DNA of 63,082 nucleotides, filler included, from Reclinomonas americana ATCC 50394 (taxonomy: Eukaryota), in NCBI GenBank assembly GCA_048213135.1. It is 8 parts of 4 records of this genome, joined end to end, with 100 filler letters (N's around TTAATTAATTAA, not from the genome) between each part and the next. Parts side by side here need not be neighbours in the genome. Positions count along the whole stretch, not along the records: positions 26,987 to 41,917 come from PS015284.1; positions 42,018 to 46,089 come from PS015285.1; 6 more parts are not named here. One strand, written 5' to 3'. Within the stretch, counting starts at the first letter, position 1; each line of letters opens with the position of its first letter. Positions 29,844 through 43,847 of this stretch are shown in pieces. A program made the position numbers and the translations under genes. A model generated the notes under the pieces. The model saw only the letters and a list, made by a program, of their open reading frames with translations. It ran no database searches and was not told the DNA's origin.

Positions 29844-30060
29844 GCAACGACAAACGNNNNNNNNNNNNNNNNNNNNNNNNNNNNNNNNNNNNNNNNNNNN
29901 NNNNNNNNNNNNNNNNNNNNNNNNNNNNNNNNNNNNNNNNNNNNNNNNNNNNNNNNNNNNNNNNNNNNNNNNNNNNNNNNNNNNNNNNNNNNNNNNNNNN
30001 NNNNNNNNNNNNNNNNNNNNNNNNNNNNNNNNNNNNNNNNNNNNNNNNNNNNNNNNNNNA

Positions 30061-31643
30061 AAAGATGTACACGACAGAGTACGGCAACGAGGAAGAGGTG
30101 CGATTCACACAGATTGCCGTCGGGCCAACACACAGTGTGGCGCTCTCTGGTCAGTCTCCTCTCTCTCTCTCTCTCTGCTGCACGCCAATGTGCGAGAGAT
30201 GTGCATTGAGTGATTGATCGTGCAGAGGTCGGTCATGTGTACACGTGGGGTGAGGGACTGGAGTATCAGCTTGGACACGGCGACTTTGAGTGTCGCACGG
30301 AGCCCACACGAGTGGAGTCTCTGTTGGGAGTCACCGTGCGGCAAGTGGCTGCTGGCAAGGTGCACGATGGAGATCTAATGCAAGACAAGCGTGACCACAG
30401 ACTCACCATGTGTGCTGTTAGGATTACACGGCGTGTATTAGTGAGGAGGGCATGCTGTTTACATGGGGAGAAGGTTTGTGCTGCTGCTTGCAATGTGGCG
30501 GTCGCTGCTGGCTCATGTGCGACAGGCGATCGAGGGAAACTCGGACACGGCGATCGCGATACGCGTCGCATTCCAACGCGCGTGACGATCGGCTTGGGCG
30601 GTCTGCGGGTGACACAGGCGGCATGCGGCTACTCACACACGATCATTATCACGGAAGATTCGAATGTGCGCGTGTGCGGCAATGGGATTGGTGGAGGTGT
30701 GTGTGTGTGTGTGTGACGAGGGCAGCGTTGGTCGTTGCTTGTGTTGGGAGCGATTCCAATGCCCTCTGTTATGCGCACAGTGCTTGGTCTGGGTCACGAG
30801 GACGACCGGCTGGAGTTCTCACTGGTGCCGACGCTACGCGACAAGCGATGCCGGCAAGTGTCGGCAGGGCACTTGCATTCGGCCGCCATTTCGAGTTGCG
30901 TTCTGTCAGCGACGACGGCCTCCAAGTACGTGACTAACAAGCTCGTGTGCAGACGATGGAGGCCTGTATATGTGGGGCACGGGAGTGTGTGGGAAACTGG
31001 GACTCGGCTCGGAGGACGCCGCGTGGGAGCCAACGCGTCTCATGCGCATCGCCGACGAGAGAATCATTGCGGTCTCGTGCGGTGTGAAGCACACGGTGGC
31101 CATTAGTGCTACCGGAACAGTGTTTACGTGGGGGCGTGGGCTGTCGGGTCGCCTCGGGCACGATTCGAGCGAAGACGAACTGTTGCCTCGTCGGTTATTG
31201 CAGCCAATCTTCGAAGGCAAGCTCATTCTGAAGGCGTTTGCCGGCGCCGAGACCACCATATTCCTGGACGGTGAGCAGCTGTTCTGCCTGCAGAAGAAAA
31301 AATGAGGCAAGCTAAAAACGTGGTGGTGCAGATGCCGGTCGAGTGTACGGTTGTGGCGAGGCCGAGGTATCTGCCGTCTGTCGATCCGCCCTATGTCGCA
31401 CGTCGTAACTCACACATTGTATGCATGCAGGACGGGCAACTGGCACGGGAAGACAAGCTTGCTCAGTGGTGAGATGACCTCCGTCCCATCATGCTGCACC
31501 AATCAGTTTTTCCGACAACCAGTTTGTTTTTTCCAACTCTACACAGGGTTCCCGTTCGTATCGAGGCGTTTACAGACGCCGACTTTGTGCGCGATGTGGC
31601 CTTGGGCGAGCAGCATGTACTCTTCCTGTTGAATCCCAAATGA
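30061..31643 (+). CDS. RCC1-repeat (beta-propeller) protein; 5' end in a gap
   Basis: About 6-7 repeats of the type VYTWG..QLGHGD..P......QVAAG..H (e.g. LYMWGTGVCGKLGLG, VFTWGRGLSGRLGH). Ends VRDVALGEQHVLFLLNPK*. Confidence 0.88.
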
Positions 31644-31685
31644 ATGAACCAAAACGAGGGAATTTTTTGACCTTATCTTTCCGTC

Positions 31686-34600
31686 ATGAGCGACGACGAT
31701 GGCGTCTCCGAGGAGACCATGAGTGCCGCGTTTCGTACACACGTACACACACCCTCTCTCTCTCTTTCGCACTTGTCACTCACTCGTCCTCAGTGCTGGT
31801 CGTCTCTTGCGACGACGCGCTGTGCGAGTGCCCACAGACACACACTCGGCGTTGGGCGCGCGACTGAAGCATGTGTTGGAACAACGCTCCGGAGCTCACT
31901 CTACTGTTGCTGCTGTGCCGCCTCCTCGCGTGCCACCACCGCGAAAGGCAGAGGAGGCGGAGGAGGAGGATATGGAAGAGGCACGTCGTCACAATCTCCG
32001 CACATGTGCATGTGTGTTGTCTCTCTCTCTCTCTCACGCACACGCACAGTCCACTCTGGCTGCTGCACCACGTGTGAAGCAGGCGCAGCCAGTCGCCTCC
32101 GGCAGTGGCACGCATGCCACAAGGTGACATAATACGCGCGATGATTGATGGTTGAGTTGTCTGCACTCACGAGCATGCAGTGAGCACTCGGCTTTGTTGA
32201 GTGCACTGGCCTCGGAGCCCGGCATGCAAAAGTGGGCGTATCTGCTGCAGTTCACTCATGCGGGCGAGGCGCCGACGCTGGCACTGCTGCCGACGGTGGC
32301 GCGGGAAGCCATGCCGGTGGGAGTCACAGGCTTGGAGATGTAGTGATTCATATTGTTGACGGCGAGATTGCGTGCAGGATGATGTGCGTCTGGGACAGCT
32401 CACAGATCTGCTGAATGAGATGCAAGGGCGTGAGGCGGTGGAGGACCGTGAGAAGGCGTTTGGTCTGGCCATGTTGATTACGTACTCGCAGTCGCTGCTT
32501 GAGGCGTTGATGGCTGGTGCGCAACCGGCACCGTTGCATCACTCAAACAGCTCGCTGTCACTGCTGGCCAGCACATTTGGTCGTGTGAACCTGTTTGGGT
32601 CGGCGCTCAGCGACTCGACAGAGATCCGCGATGCCGGTGAGTGGTGACGGCGGCATGCGTGCGCTTGCTTCCCGTCACCCATGTCCATGTCGACTGTGCG
32701 GCAGACTTTGAGGAGTTCAAGTACCTGCTGGCGCTGCTGCTCGACAATGCCGAGTCGGCGACAGCAGCTGGCTCACTTCTTGTGCAATCACTCGTGTCGG
32801 CACCATCGGTGCCGGTGGCCACCGGTCTCTCTGTCCTGTTTCACGCCGGCAAAAATCTGCTCAAGGAGCTCGGTGAGTCGACGCCGCCTGTCCGCACACC
32901 ACTCTCTTTTGAGCTGACCGCAATGTCGTGACGCATCAGTGTTCCAGCGACCGAAGCGGCCGACTGTTGGCTTGGTCCGTCAGCACGCGGATGCGTTGAT
33001 CAGTGAGGTGGTTGCTCGGCAGGACGATCTCGACGGCAACGAAGCGGGTTCGTGCATATTTCTTGACAGCTTCATGTGCTTCTCGCTCATCGATGCGACT
33101 TGGCAGTGGCGCGCGAAGTCACGCGCTTTGTCAGAGGCGAAATCGACAATGTGCTGCGTGAGAGCATCCAGCGTGATGCTCGTAGCGAGCTGCACGTGTC
33201 GGGTCGCACCGTGATGACCGACCTGTTGCTCCGGTAAGTACTCCATGCCGCCATTGCGCGAGACCTGCAGGCATTCTCCATGTGCGTACTCAATTGTGAC
33301 GTACACCAGTCACGCCCTCGGCCTGGATGACGCCCGTGCTCGAGCGCTGCGGGCCACCGCGCGACTCTCTGCAACTCCCGACGTGCGACGACTGCTTGCG
33401 AGCTGCATGCGAGGGTGGACTGACTTTGCTCACGTTGCCTTTTTATCGCCTTGCAGCACTTTCGTCATCAGCTACAAGTCAATCTCAAGCATGTCACCGA
33501 CCGTCATCCGCAATTCATGAGTCGCTTCTCGGTGCGTTTGGCCTTTGTGTGTCATTTCTGTAAGCCGCTCGCCGCTGACTGCGATGTGGCGCGTGCAACA
33601 GGATGCAGCCGAAGTCTCTCTGCACGTGCAGCACGCCACGGAGCACATTAGCAGGTTTCTGCGGCAGCTGGATCAAGCATATCCACCAGATCCTGTGAGT
33701 GATGAGGCAGATGATGGCGAGTTCAGTGGGTGGTGCGCCTGACTCATGCACCAAAAACTCTCGTTGCAGAAAGCCGTGGGTGCCATTGGCAAAATCTACC
33801 TGAAGTGTGAGTTCCTGCCTGTTGAAACCGTGTGGCGTCTGTCTTCTTCGTCTGATAGGAATGCACTGTCTCCACCACGCAGTGATTGGTGCAACCAATG
33901 TGGCCAGGCGCGACTTATTTGGTACGTGGATAGAGCGTGATAGTGGTGTGTCCTTTGGCTGACAACTGTATTGTGTCACAGGCAGCAGCGATCCGTACGC
34001 TTTGGTGTTGCTCGACGGCGTACTCGTCTTCGAGACCGACCACGTGCCAAACACGTTGGATCCAGTGTGGAACCGAGAGACTGTAGTGTTGCGTCTCTTG
34101 GCAAGGTGAACGCATGTTTGGCTCTCACCGTGTTTTGTGCGCATAAAGGTACGTGCACAATCTCGACGAGCGCCTCAACATTGAGATCTTTGACTGGGAG
34201 CGATTCGGCGCGCATCGTTTCGAGGGCTGCGTGTCGTTCACGGTATGTATCTGCTTGTAGGATTGTGGTTGTTGGTTTTGTTGACACATGGAGCTAGATT
34301 CGAGAAATCATTGCCATGCAAAACACTGGTGGCAGCAACAGCGGCACGTTTATCGACAAGAGCTTCCCGCTGCAGTCGCGTCCGTCGAAGAGAGACAAGG
34401 ACGTCCGGTGTGTGTTTTTGTGTGCTTGACTGTGCGGATGAGCTGTTGGTGGACTCACTGTGTGTGGCAGAGGTTCACTCAACGTACAGATGTTTTACCA
34501 CGAACTCTCCGACAGTCTCTTGTGCAGCACACCCGATGAGGCCGTGCGTCTGGAACGGTGTGTCATCACATGTGGGGCGAGACAAGAGGCGTATGCTAAC

Positions 34601-37600
34601 GCGTGTTCCACGCCCGGCAGATCGTTGGTGCACGGCATCGTGTCGCAAGTCGAAAAGGAGCTGTACCCGGATGTGTTTGGCCCGCCGGATTTCGCCAACA
34701 TCTTTACCGGGTTCAGCACCCTGTTCAACGTGTCGGCACATTCGCATTTCGTGCGCGCCGTAGAAGTCCTGTGGGCAGTCGCCGAACAGCAGCCGCAGTC
34801 GGCACTCTCCCTGGCCTCACTGACGGTACTCCAATCGCTGATAACAGCGCACGAAGAGCGCTTGTCGCAGCGAGTAGCCGTCGGCCACGTACCTCTGGCG
34901 GCAGAACTGCGTGCATTCTTCGAGTGTTTACACAAGCTGGTGGTCGGCGAGCAGCGGCAGGCAGACGGCGAGGTGACTGGCTGCGGCTTTCTGGTCGACA
35001 AGATCTGCACATACTGGGACTCATTTCCTGGTTTGCACGCGCGCTCTCGCATGCATTGCTGTGTGTCCGCTGAGCTCACCACCATACATGCGGTGGCACA
35101 GAAAACTCGCCTCCCGGATCCTTGGAGACCGCCATTGGCATTGTGGAGCAGGTGCTCCAGATCGACGGCTTCCGACAGCAGTATCGTGCCGAGTACGACA
35201 GGGCGTTGTGCGGCGGGGATGTGTGGGCCGTACTGCGCGCCAACGTGGAGGTGTGTCTCGAGAGTCGTGTTGCGCTTGATGACAATGACCACACTCACGT
35301 GTGTACAGAGGCAAACTAGGAAGCGCATGCTGCAGTGGTACCGCGAAGCGAAGCCACCTGACGCCGTGCCCGGCAGTGCGCCGTCGCCATCGTCACCTGC
35401 TTCAGCGCTGCCGGGAATCTCCGACATGGTCACTCTGATTGTCGGCTCGCAGACAATGGCGGAGCATCTGGGTCCAGCGGGTCGTCCAGGACACGAGCTG
35501 TCGGCGGCAGCACTCGGCGCCATGGCCGCTGTGGAGATGGATCGGAAGGACTTTGCCTATGTTTTCACATTGTTGCGAATCCCTCTTCGCAGTACCACTT
35601 GTGATGAGACACTCATTCACGACGACAACTGTCGCAGTGAGGACGATTTGGATCGCTTCTCTGCGCAACTCTACTACCGTGCGTGGGTGTGCGTGAGCCG
35701 TTGTAACGTCAACCGACTATTGCTGAATTCCACCGCGCAGAGGAGCTGGTGACCGAGATTATGAAAGCCGTACCGCCTGGTCGACAACAGGCGTATGATC
35801 CGACCTTGTTGCGTGCAGTCAAGAAACCTTTCATCGTATTGATACCGTGATCACAGCTGATAGCATTGCTGCGCAGTGTGAGTTTGTACAGCATCATGCG
35901 ACAGGTTCACGAGGTGTGTCATTGCTGTGAAGCTGTCTCGGAATGTGTTTATGTCTGTGCATTGACTGATTGCGCTGTCTCTTTCCCAGCAATGGACTCC
36001 GATCATTGGCGATCGGTGCGTGGAGAACCAGTCCCTTGTTGGATTGCAGTGCTCATCATTGATGTGTGTGTGTGTGTGTGAGTGCAGAGTCGGGTTCGTG
36101 CCACTCGGTGAAGTGTTTCGACCGCACTTGAACGAGTGGTGCAACTTTGCCGTGAACTTGTGCGTCGATAGAACAATCCGTGCTGTCTTCGCTTTATTCT
36201 TGCTCACCAATTGACGCTGCGCAGTCTGCGTGAGTGTTCGTCACGTCTGCTTGCCAGCGAGGATGTTGCGTGCCTCGCATCTTTCGGCGTACGTTTACTC
36301 AAGACTTTCACCACTCGCTCACACATTTGACATTACGTGTGTAGTTCGCACCTGTCGATCCGCCGACTTCGCTGTTTTCGAAATCGGTCGTTCGCCTCTT
36401 CACCCTGTGTCAGGTGACCAGTGCAGCGTCATTCTGTCCATCACATGTGCGTCTCACACGGCACGTGCACACATCAGTCGGCGCTGGACAAGTGCGACGA
36501 GGTTGTGGCACACGAGGATTACATCTATGTGCAAGCGCGTTCAACGATTGTGACGGCAGTGTGCGACTCGCTCGTGCATTACGGCATGGAACTCGTCGAG
36601 TCGTTCAGGAAGCGAACACAGAAACGGCCGTCGGCCGCCGCACCACCGTCGGCCTCTGCTGCTGCCGCCGCTGCTGCTGACGTGGGACGACGACATGGGG
36701 GACCGGTTGTGGAATCATTCTTGACCGCGGAAGTGAGTGTGAGTGAGTAACCTCGCTCTATCGCCACTTTCTCAATCGCCATTGCAGATGGCCGTGCATC
36801 TCAACAACTTGGCCGCGGCCGTGCAAATGTTGCTCGAGCTTCTCGACAGCCACCACGAGCTACTGACTGCGTGTCCGGAGTATTCCCTTGCGTCACCCTC
36901 GTCTGCGGAGCAATCGTTTGACAGTACCGTGGATCGCCTGCGCTCGCTGAGTGGAGATATTTACACCATGGTGGTGGAAGAGGTGATAACGACGGCTGCT
37001 GTGGGGGAGGAGTGTGAGGTTGCACTTCACTGATTCTGATGTGGACGCATGGAGCAGGTCCTCCGTGTACTGCGCCCCCTGGTTCCCAGCATCATGGGCA
37101 TTGAGAATCCGTCGTTCTTCCGCAGTCTCTTTGGCAGCAAGTCCACTGTTGTCGGTGCGACGACTGCCTGCTGTCATTTGTGTTTTCTTTTCGCGTGCTT
37201 TCTCTCACGTCGACATTGACGGCAGCGTCTGATGTGTCGGCAATATCTGTGGCCCTCACCCCTGTTTGTTGCGCATGCGTGCTCGTCTCACTTGCGTGCA
37301 TTCATGCTGTGTTCACGCTGACAGTCTACTACGCAGTCGACTTGATCGAGGCACAAATCGACATTATGGTGCGCTCGCTTCGCAGTCTGTGCTTCCCTGC
37401 CTTGGTATATCTCCTTACCACATTTTTCGGTCTCGCAGGAGAATCATGTCGCGCCAGATGAGTTCCACCAGCACCTGTCCAAGATGGTATCGCGCATCAC
37501 CTGCATGATTCGTATCCGCGCGCAATATGTCTCACGATCGCGACTGCCACGGCGCAGATGACGGGCTGCATCAATTGTGTGGAGGAGGTGCTGTTTGCAA

Positions 37601-38149
37601 AGCGCTCGAACAGTCTGTCACTCGAGCAGGTGCACACGGGACTTCGCATTCTCACGGTCTGTGTGCGAGGAGAGAGCTTGTGTCCGCTGTGATTGTGTTG
37701 GTCTCATCGAGCGTGATGCGTGCACGCGCATTCACAGCGAATTGCCCATTTCCTCTTTGACGACGATAGCGCCTCGAGCACATTGCTGGGAATTCGCGAT
37801 GAGAGTCTCGCGTTGCGTCTCTTGCGTGCGACCAGCCAAGGGGGCTGCGGCTGACTCGATCTCTCCGCCTGCAGACACATCATGACTCTGCAGGAGACAT
37901 TCGTTGCGTATCTTGCGGCACCGAGCGCCCAGATTTCTCAATTGGTGGCCAACACTGGTGGCATGCAGAGGTGCGCTGTCGCCAAACGTGACTCACTCAC
38001 ATCGCCAGCTTGGGTGCTCACTGCCACTCGGCAGGATAATGCTGTTCCGATTGCTGGCGTCGCGCGATCATCGAGCCGATCGTGCCGCAGTCGACAATCT
38101 GTGTGCGCAGTTCCGTGAACTGCAGCCGTACCGAGTGCCTCCCAAGTGA
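31686..38149 (+). CDS. Large C2-domain plus helical MUN-like protein (Munc13/BAIAP3/PATROL1-like)
   Basis: C2 domain at ~33780-34330: GKIYLK..GATNVARRDLFG|SSDPYALV..FETDHVPNTLDPVWN..IEIFDWERFGAHRFEG. Downstream helical exons (EVFRPHLNEW, ALDKCDEVVAHED, VHLNNLAAAVQML, LLASR) resemble MUN/MHD segments by eye. Confidence 0.55.
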
Positions 38150-38351
38150 AAATAATTGGAGTTCGTCGGAATGATTCACTGTGTCATCGACTGGCACGCG
38201 AGAGGCCCACCGCACTGCGTAATCTGGCCATTTCCTCGCGATGCTCCAGCAATTCGGCGCTGGCCACTGGCGCTGGCGGTGATCGGTCATCAGACTGTCA
38301 AGCGGGCGGTAAGACAAACACAGAGAGTATTATTCCAGGAGCAACGAGGGA

Positions 38352-41300
38352 TCAACGCACCGAGCGCTCGGTCACTTGTGATAAATCGCGCAATGTTGCA
38401 CTCAAGCGGCGCTGCGCTGACGTGCTGAGAAGCGATGACCGCTCTAGCGAACGCCGCCGCACTGGACCCCGTCGAGTACGATCGTGCTCGCTGTCGCCCT
38501 CACTGTCACCCTCGTCGCCATCGGAGGCGTCAGCGTGCGACGGTCGTCTGCCACTCGATCCGGCACTGAAAGGCAACCGGCGCGCGGATTTGGTCGATCG
38601 TTGCTCGGCTTCCGCATCAAACAACACCTGGTCATCGGCGTCGCCGTCAGAGTCGACGCCAGCTGGCTGCTGCTGCGCCTGCACCTGTCGATGACCTGGC
38701 GACCCTGCCTTGCCAGCTGCTGGTGAGCGCTGCGGTGAGCCTGCCACTGCAGTCGCCGAGGTCGGAGCAGTGGGCGACACGTGCGAGTCGGCGTGGCGAG
38801 TCAGGTTGGCTTTTTGCGCCAGCTCCTGCAGGATGCGGCGCTGCTCCTCTCGACTCTGCAGTGCTCGAGCCGAACTCTGCTGTTCCTCCGGCTCCACAGG
38901 TATTGTCGCAACCACTGCGGCCGCCGAGGTCACACTGGAGATCACCGCCGGCGCTGCGCTTCGTTTCGGCGGCGACGCCAGCCGTGGTGGTTTTGGAGGC
39001 GACGAGCGCACCGGTGAAGCTGCCTCGCTCTTGACAGACGTGACTTTGGAGGTGGGCGGCTCTCCCACCAGTGCCGACACTGGCTCGGTGGGTGGCATGA
39101 GCTCCTTTAGGAGAAGCGACGATTTGAGGAAGGCCTGCACAACGCGAGGGAGATCAGTATTTGTCCACTTCAACAATAATCACGATGGACGCAACTGGCG
39201 ATGCATGACTGCGTGTCTCGCTGAGCAACGCCTCCAGAACGAGTGCAGCCTCTTGCGCCTTCTCCTCCGCCTGCACGTTATAATTTTCGGTGAGCATGTC
39301 ACCCACCTCAAGCGACGAGAACGGCTCGTACCCGCAAGCACCGCGTGCCCAGCTCCGTGTTCTTGCGCGCGACCTCGCCGCGAAGCTTGGTCTCGTGCGC
39401 CAGTGCCTGCTCCAACTCCTTGATGCGACTGCCAGTCACATGTAAGTGAATCGTCAAAATACTTGCGCAATGACAGAGTGCGTATACCTGTCGGCGTTCG
39501 CCAGCTGCGCCTGCAACGCCTCGCCAGCCTCCACAGTGCGCGTCAACTCCAGTTGCAAGCGCTGCAATTCGCGCTGCGCACGCTCCTCGCTCTGTTGCCG
39601 CTCCTTCACTTGTCGCCTCCACGTCTCCGCCTCCTCCAGATTGGCCTCGGCAGTGCGCAAGTCCTCCTCCAGTGTCTGGATGCGTGACTGGGCCTCGTTG
39701 AGTCGCTGCTTCATGCCTTCCACCACTTGCCGATGCGAGACGCGGTCCTCGTCAATCAGCTGCTGCTTGCGCGCCTGCTCCTCTTCGGCCTCCTTTAGTT
39801 GTGACTGCCACGGGCGTGGGATAAGACGTTTTGATGAGGAGACCACATAAACACGCGTGGCAAAACACACCTCAAGCGTCTTCAGTCGCCGCTCGGCGCG
39901 CTTGGCGCGCGACAATGCAGTCTGTTCGCGCTGCGCCGACTCCTCCAAACGGTGCTCGTATGATGCGGTGAGATCGCGCGTCCGTGTTTCGTGTTCCCGC
40001 TGCAGTTCGGCCAGGTGCTGCGCGGCGTGCTCGTTGGCCACCTGCAACTCGCGAGTGGCATTGGCCGCCTGTTCTTGCAACTGCGCCAGTCGGCTGTTGT
40101 CACGCTCGCGCACCAGTTCGAGTTGCGACTCGGCCTGGCGCGCACGTGTCCGGCAGTTTTCTGCCTCGCGACTTTCCTCTGCGCATTTCTGCACAGAGTG
40201 TCAACAAATGAGGACGCACACGCACACACACGCGCGCGCATACCTTGCTTGCTTCGTCCAGCTCCGTCTGCAACTCGGCAATGGTTTTCTTTGCTGCCCG
40301 TGCGTCGCGTTCCATGCTCGACGCCTGCCGCTCCAGACGCACACGCTCCTCCTTGAGCGCCAACAGCTCCTCCTCCTTGCCCTTGAATTTGGTGACCAGC
40401 GACTGGATCTTAGTCGCCTCCTTGCGCACACGAAGCTCCACCTCCCGCACGCGTTGCTCGGCACGCAATGTGCCCTGCTGCAGCATTTCCTCGGCCACCC
40501 GTACCCTGCATAACATCGCACGACATGGGATAGAAGATGAGAAAACAAACGTCGGTCGCGCTGGCGGAGACACATGTGAGCATGTCGAACCGACGCTCGG
40601 CATCCTTGCGCGCCGCCTCCACCTCGGCACCCAGCGAGATTCGAACGTCGCGCAGTTCTTGATCTTTCTGCACCGTCAGTTGCTTCAGCTCGTGCTGCAA
40701 CGCATTAATGTGCTCCTCATTTTCCTTTTCTCTGTTGCACGCGCCGCCGGCAATGTGAGACAGCACCCATCACAGGCCACACTGGCGTTTGTCACAGAAA
40801 CGCACCGAACGCCCCACTGTGCCTGCGCCAGCGCGTATTGTTTCTGCAGCGAATTGGTGCCGGCCAGCTGCGATCGTGCCTGTTTCAACTCGAGCTCCTG
40901 TCGCGTACAAATCGCCATTTGCTCACTGAGTCCACTCTGTAGCTCGGCGACTCTCGTCTCGTACGAGCGCTGCACGGTGATCAGCTGCGTCTCCTTTTCT
41001 GCAAATCACACCTGTCGTTAACCAACCGGCAAAGCGCACAGAGAGCGACAGAGATGCACACCTTGCCGCAGCGTCTCCATCACTTCCTGCGCCTCGCGTA
41101 ATCGTTTCTGCACAATTTGCTTGTCGTCGTCGGCCTGGCGATACTGGTGCGTCATGTGTTGAAGTTTGGAGACGGTGTCTTGCAGGTGCTGATCACGCTG
41201 CCGCAGCTCCCGCTGCAAGTCGACAACTGCGCGGCAAACAGTCAACTAAAGCAACACACACCACCACTCCCGCTCGCACGACCATCGTACCCTTGTTCGT

Positions 41301-41917
41301 CAGTTCCTCGCTGGGCGCCCGCCGCGACAACTGCTCCTTCAGCGCCGACACCTCCCCCATTCGGTCGGCCAGCTCCGACCGCAACTGCGCCACCGTATGA
41401 TCAGCGGCCGCCTGCTGCTCCCTCAACTCGGCATTCACGTTGCTGAGGCGCGAGATGGTGAGATGCATATCCGCGCGCGCCTTGGCAATCTCCTGGCTCA
41501 CTGCCTGCATCCACTCGCTCTCACGCCCTCTCGCTCCTCCTCCTCGCTTGCCACCCCGCGACGACGGCGACTCCGGCACTGCCGACGATCGCCGACGCGA
41601 TGTTCTCCTCCTGGCGTACTCATCGGGTTCGCTGGCGTCCCACGACACTCGTCCCAGTGTCGCCGACAGCCGACGAAATCGCCGACCATCACTGCCCTCA
41701 TCATCATCGTCATCGTCGCCATCATCAAAGTCGCTTCCTCCGTCACGGCGATCACTGCCATCATCATCGTCATCGTAATCATCATCGTCATCATCGTCGT
41801 CGTCATCGTAATGACGACGAGTGCCCAGTCGATCTTCTTCGCTCTCGATCCACGCCTTCCACTGCCGATCGTCGTCTTTGTTGCGATGGAGGGAGCGTGA
41901 TCGCCGACGCGGCTGCT
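38352..41917 (-). CDS. Long coiled-coil protein with disordered acidic N-terminal and S/P-rich C-terminal regions (5' truncated)
   Basis: Many spliced exons rich in E/Q/R/L/A heptads (e.g. LQRELRQRDQHLQDTVSKLQ, EERAQRELQRLQLELTR). No family recognised. Confidence 0.7.
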
Positions 41918-42327
41918 NNNNNNNNNNNNNNNNNNNNNNNNNNNNNNNNNNNNNNNNNNNNTTAATTAATTAANNNNNNNNNNNNNNNNNNNNNNNNNNN
42001 NNNNNNNNNNNNNNNNNGTGATGACTCCACAGGTGCTCTGAGCGCAGACGTGAGACACGAGAAGAGACAAAGAGAGAGAGAGCAAGAGAGAGCGCGCACG
42101 CACTGTTGTTGTCTCACTCGTCGTCGCGCTTGCTGCATCATGCCCTCCACAAACGCTCTACGCACAGAGAGAGTGAGAGCGGGCAAAGCAGATGGAGATC
42201 ACAGAGTCAAGAGAGCGAGACGCACTGCATCGTTTTCTTATGGTCTTATCTCGCGTTTCGCGCGCAAAACCTAAAGCGGACAGATCGCACTGCCACGTCA
42301 TCGCCGTTGTATCACTGCTCAATCAAC

Positions 42328-43685
42328 ATGGCGAGTGCAGGCGACGTTGGCAAGGCCGTGTCTGGTCGACCGGGCTACGCAGGCTACATTCCGCAAGGCC
42401 GAGTTCCGCCACCACCGGTTCGCATTTGCACTCTCATCTCTGTGTGTGTGTGTGTGTGTGTGTGTTCCGATGAGTGAAAGGACGCGTGCGAGTGGAGAGG
42501 CAGAGTGGCAGCTGTAGCGGGGAGACCGTGCACGTGGAGAGAATTCAGGAACGAGAGAGGAAGAGAGCGTGTGTGTGAGAAAAGAGCCTCTCTTTGTGTA
42601 TAACTGACACGTGCCTCTCAATGACACAGGTGAAGACCGGCACTGCGGAGCGGCTTCCGCTGGTGGACCGCACCGAGAGCCACCAGCGTGCGTACAGTGC
42701 AGTGGAAGAGCGCGATCTGAGCAAGTCGTGGGGATCGCCACTGATGCGCCTCCGCGGACAAACCACCGTGCACGACTCAATGTTCCGCGCCACCACGGCC
42801 GCCAGTGCGCCTCGCCCTCCACCTCGCATCCACTCGCCTCCACCTCCTCCTTCGGATGCACCACCTGCAGCGCGGTTTGTTGCGTCGTCGACGCACAAGA
42901 GCGACTTTTCGTGGCGAGAGAACCCCGTCGCCAATCGCACACAAGTCATGTTGCGTCGCCCCCTTGGTCCGTGGTTTGAGGAGGTTGTTTGTTTACATTA
43001 CGATTCGTACATTAGCAATGTGAACACGACGCGGACGGCGGCGGAGATGATGCAGTTTGCGTTGCCGGGCGGGGAGAGCAAGTCGACGACGCAACGCGAT
43101 TTTGGAGTGCATGGGCATCGGCCAGCGGCGACGCTGCTGGAGAATCCGCTGTCGATTACGCAAAAGAGCACGGTGAAGGAGTTGATGCGGGGTACGGCCA
43201 AGGATGTCGGTGTGACGCCGGGCGCCACCATTCATGTGCCGAGCACCGAGGCCAACATGGAGAAGGTGTTGGGTGGGTCGGCGTCGGGCGCCGATCCGCA
43301 TCACTCGCACAAGAAGGATCACTTGGTGTACAGCGCGACGAGTGGCATGCCGGGCTACTCGGGTCACGTGCCGCGCTCGGTGATGAACCCGGCCAAGCCG
43401 GTGAATGAGCGCGCACCAAGCTCACGGTCCAGCTACGGAGCGTCGTACCGTGCGCACTCGGTTGGCCGCATGGAGCGATTCGGCCATCACAACGCCATGA
43501 ATGCCGGCTTCTTCACCGGGCCCTCAAATCCGTCCAACACGGAGAAGTACTACGTCAAGGGTGCAGGTGTGGGCAGACCAATGGAGGGTGTGTGGCGGAT
43601 CGGCTTCCCCGAGGAGCGGCAGTACACGTCGGATCGCGAGCTGCGACGACAACACATTTATACGTTGCGTCGTGCGGGCGCGTGA
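42328..43685 (+). CDS. Putative ciliary microtubule inner protein with GYG-type repeats (FAP129/FAM166-like class)
   Basis: PGYAGYIP and PGYSGHVP motifs, ELMRGTAK..TPG, and short ST.K.DF/STTQRDF Mn-like motifs. Low-structure composition. Confidence 0.55.
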
Positions 43686-43847
43686 AATCGCGCGCAAAGA
43701 GATTGCTGACTATCTCTCGTGCGCACACAGAAACTATTGAGGCGACGATGTGAGACGTAACAGGGACAGCAGCCGCAGCGTGCGCAGATATTATTTCATG
43801 TCGGTGTATAAGTGTAGGAAGGCGACGACAATACTGTGCATTTCTCA

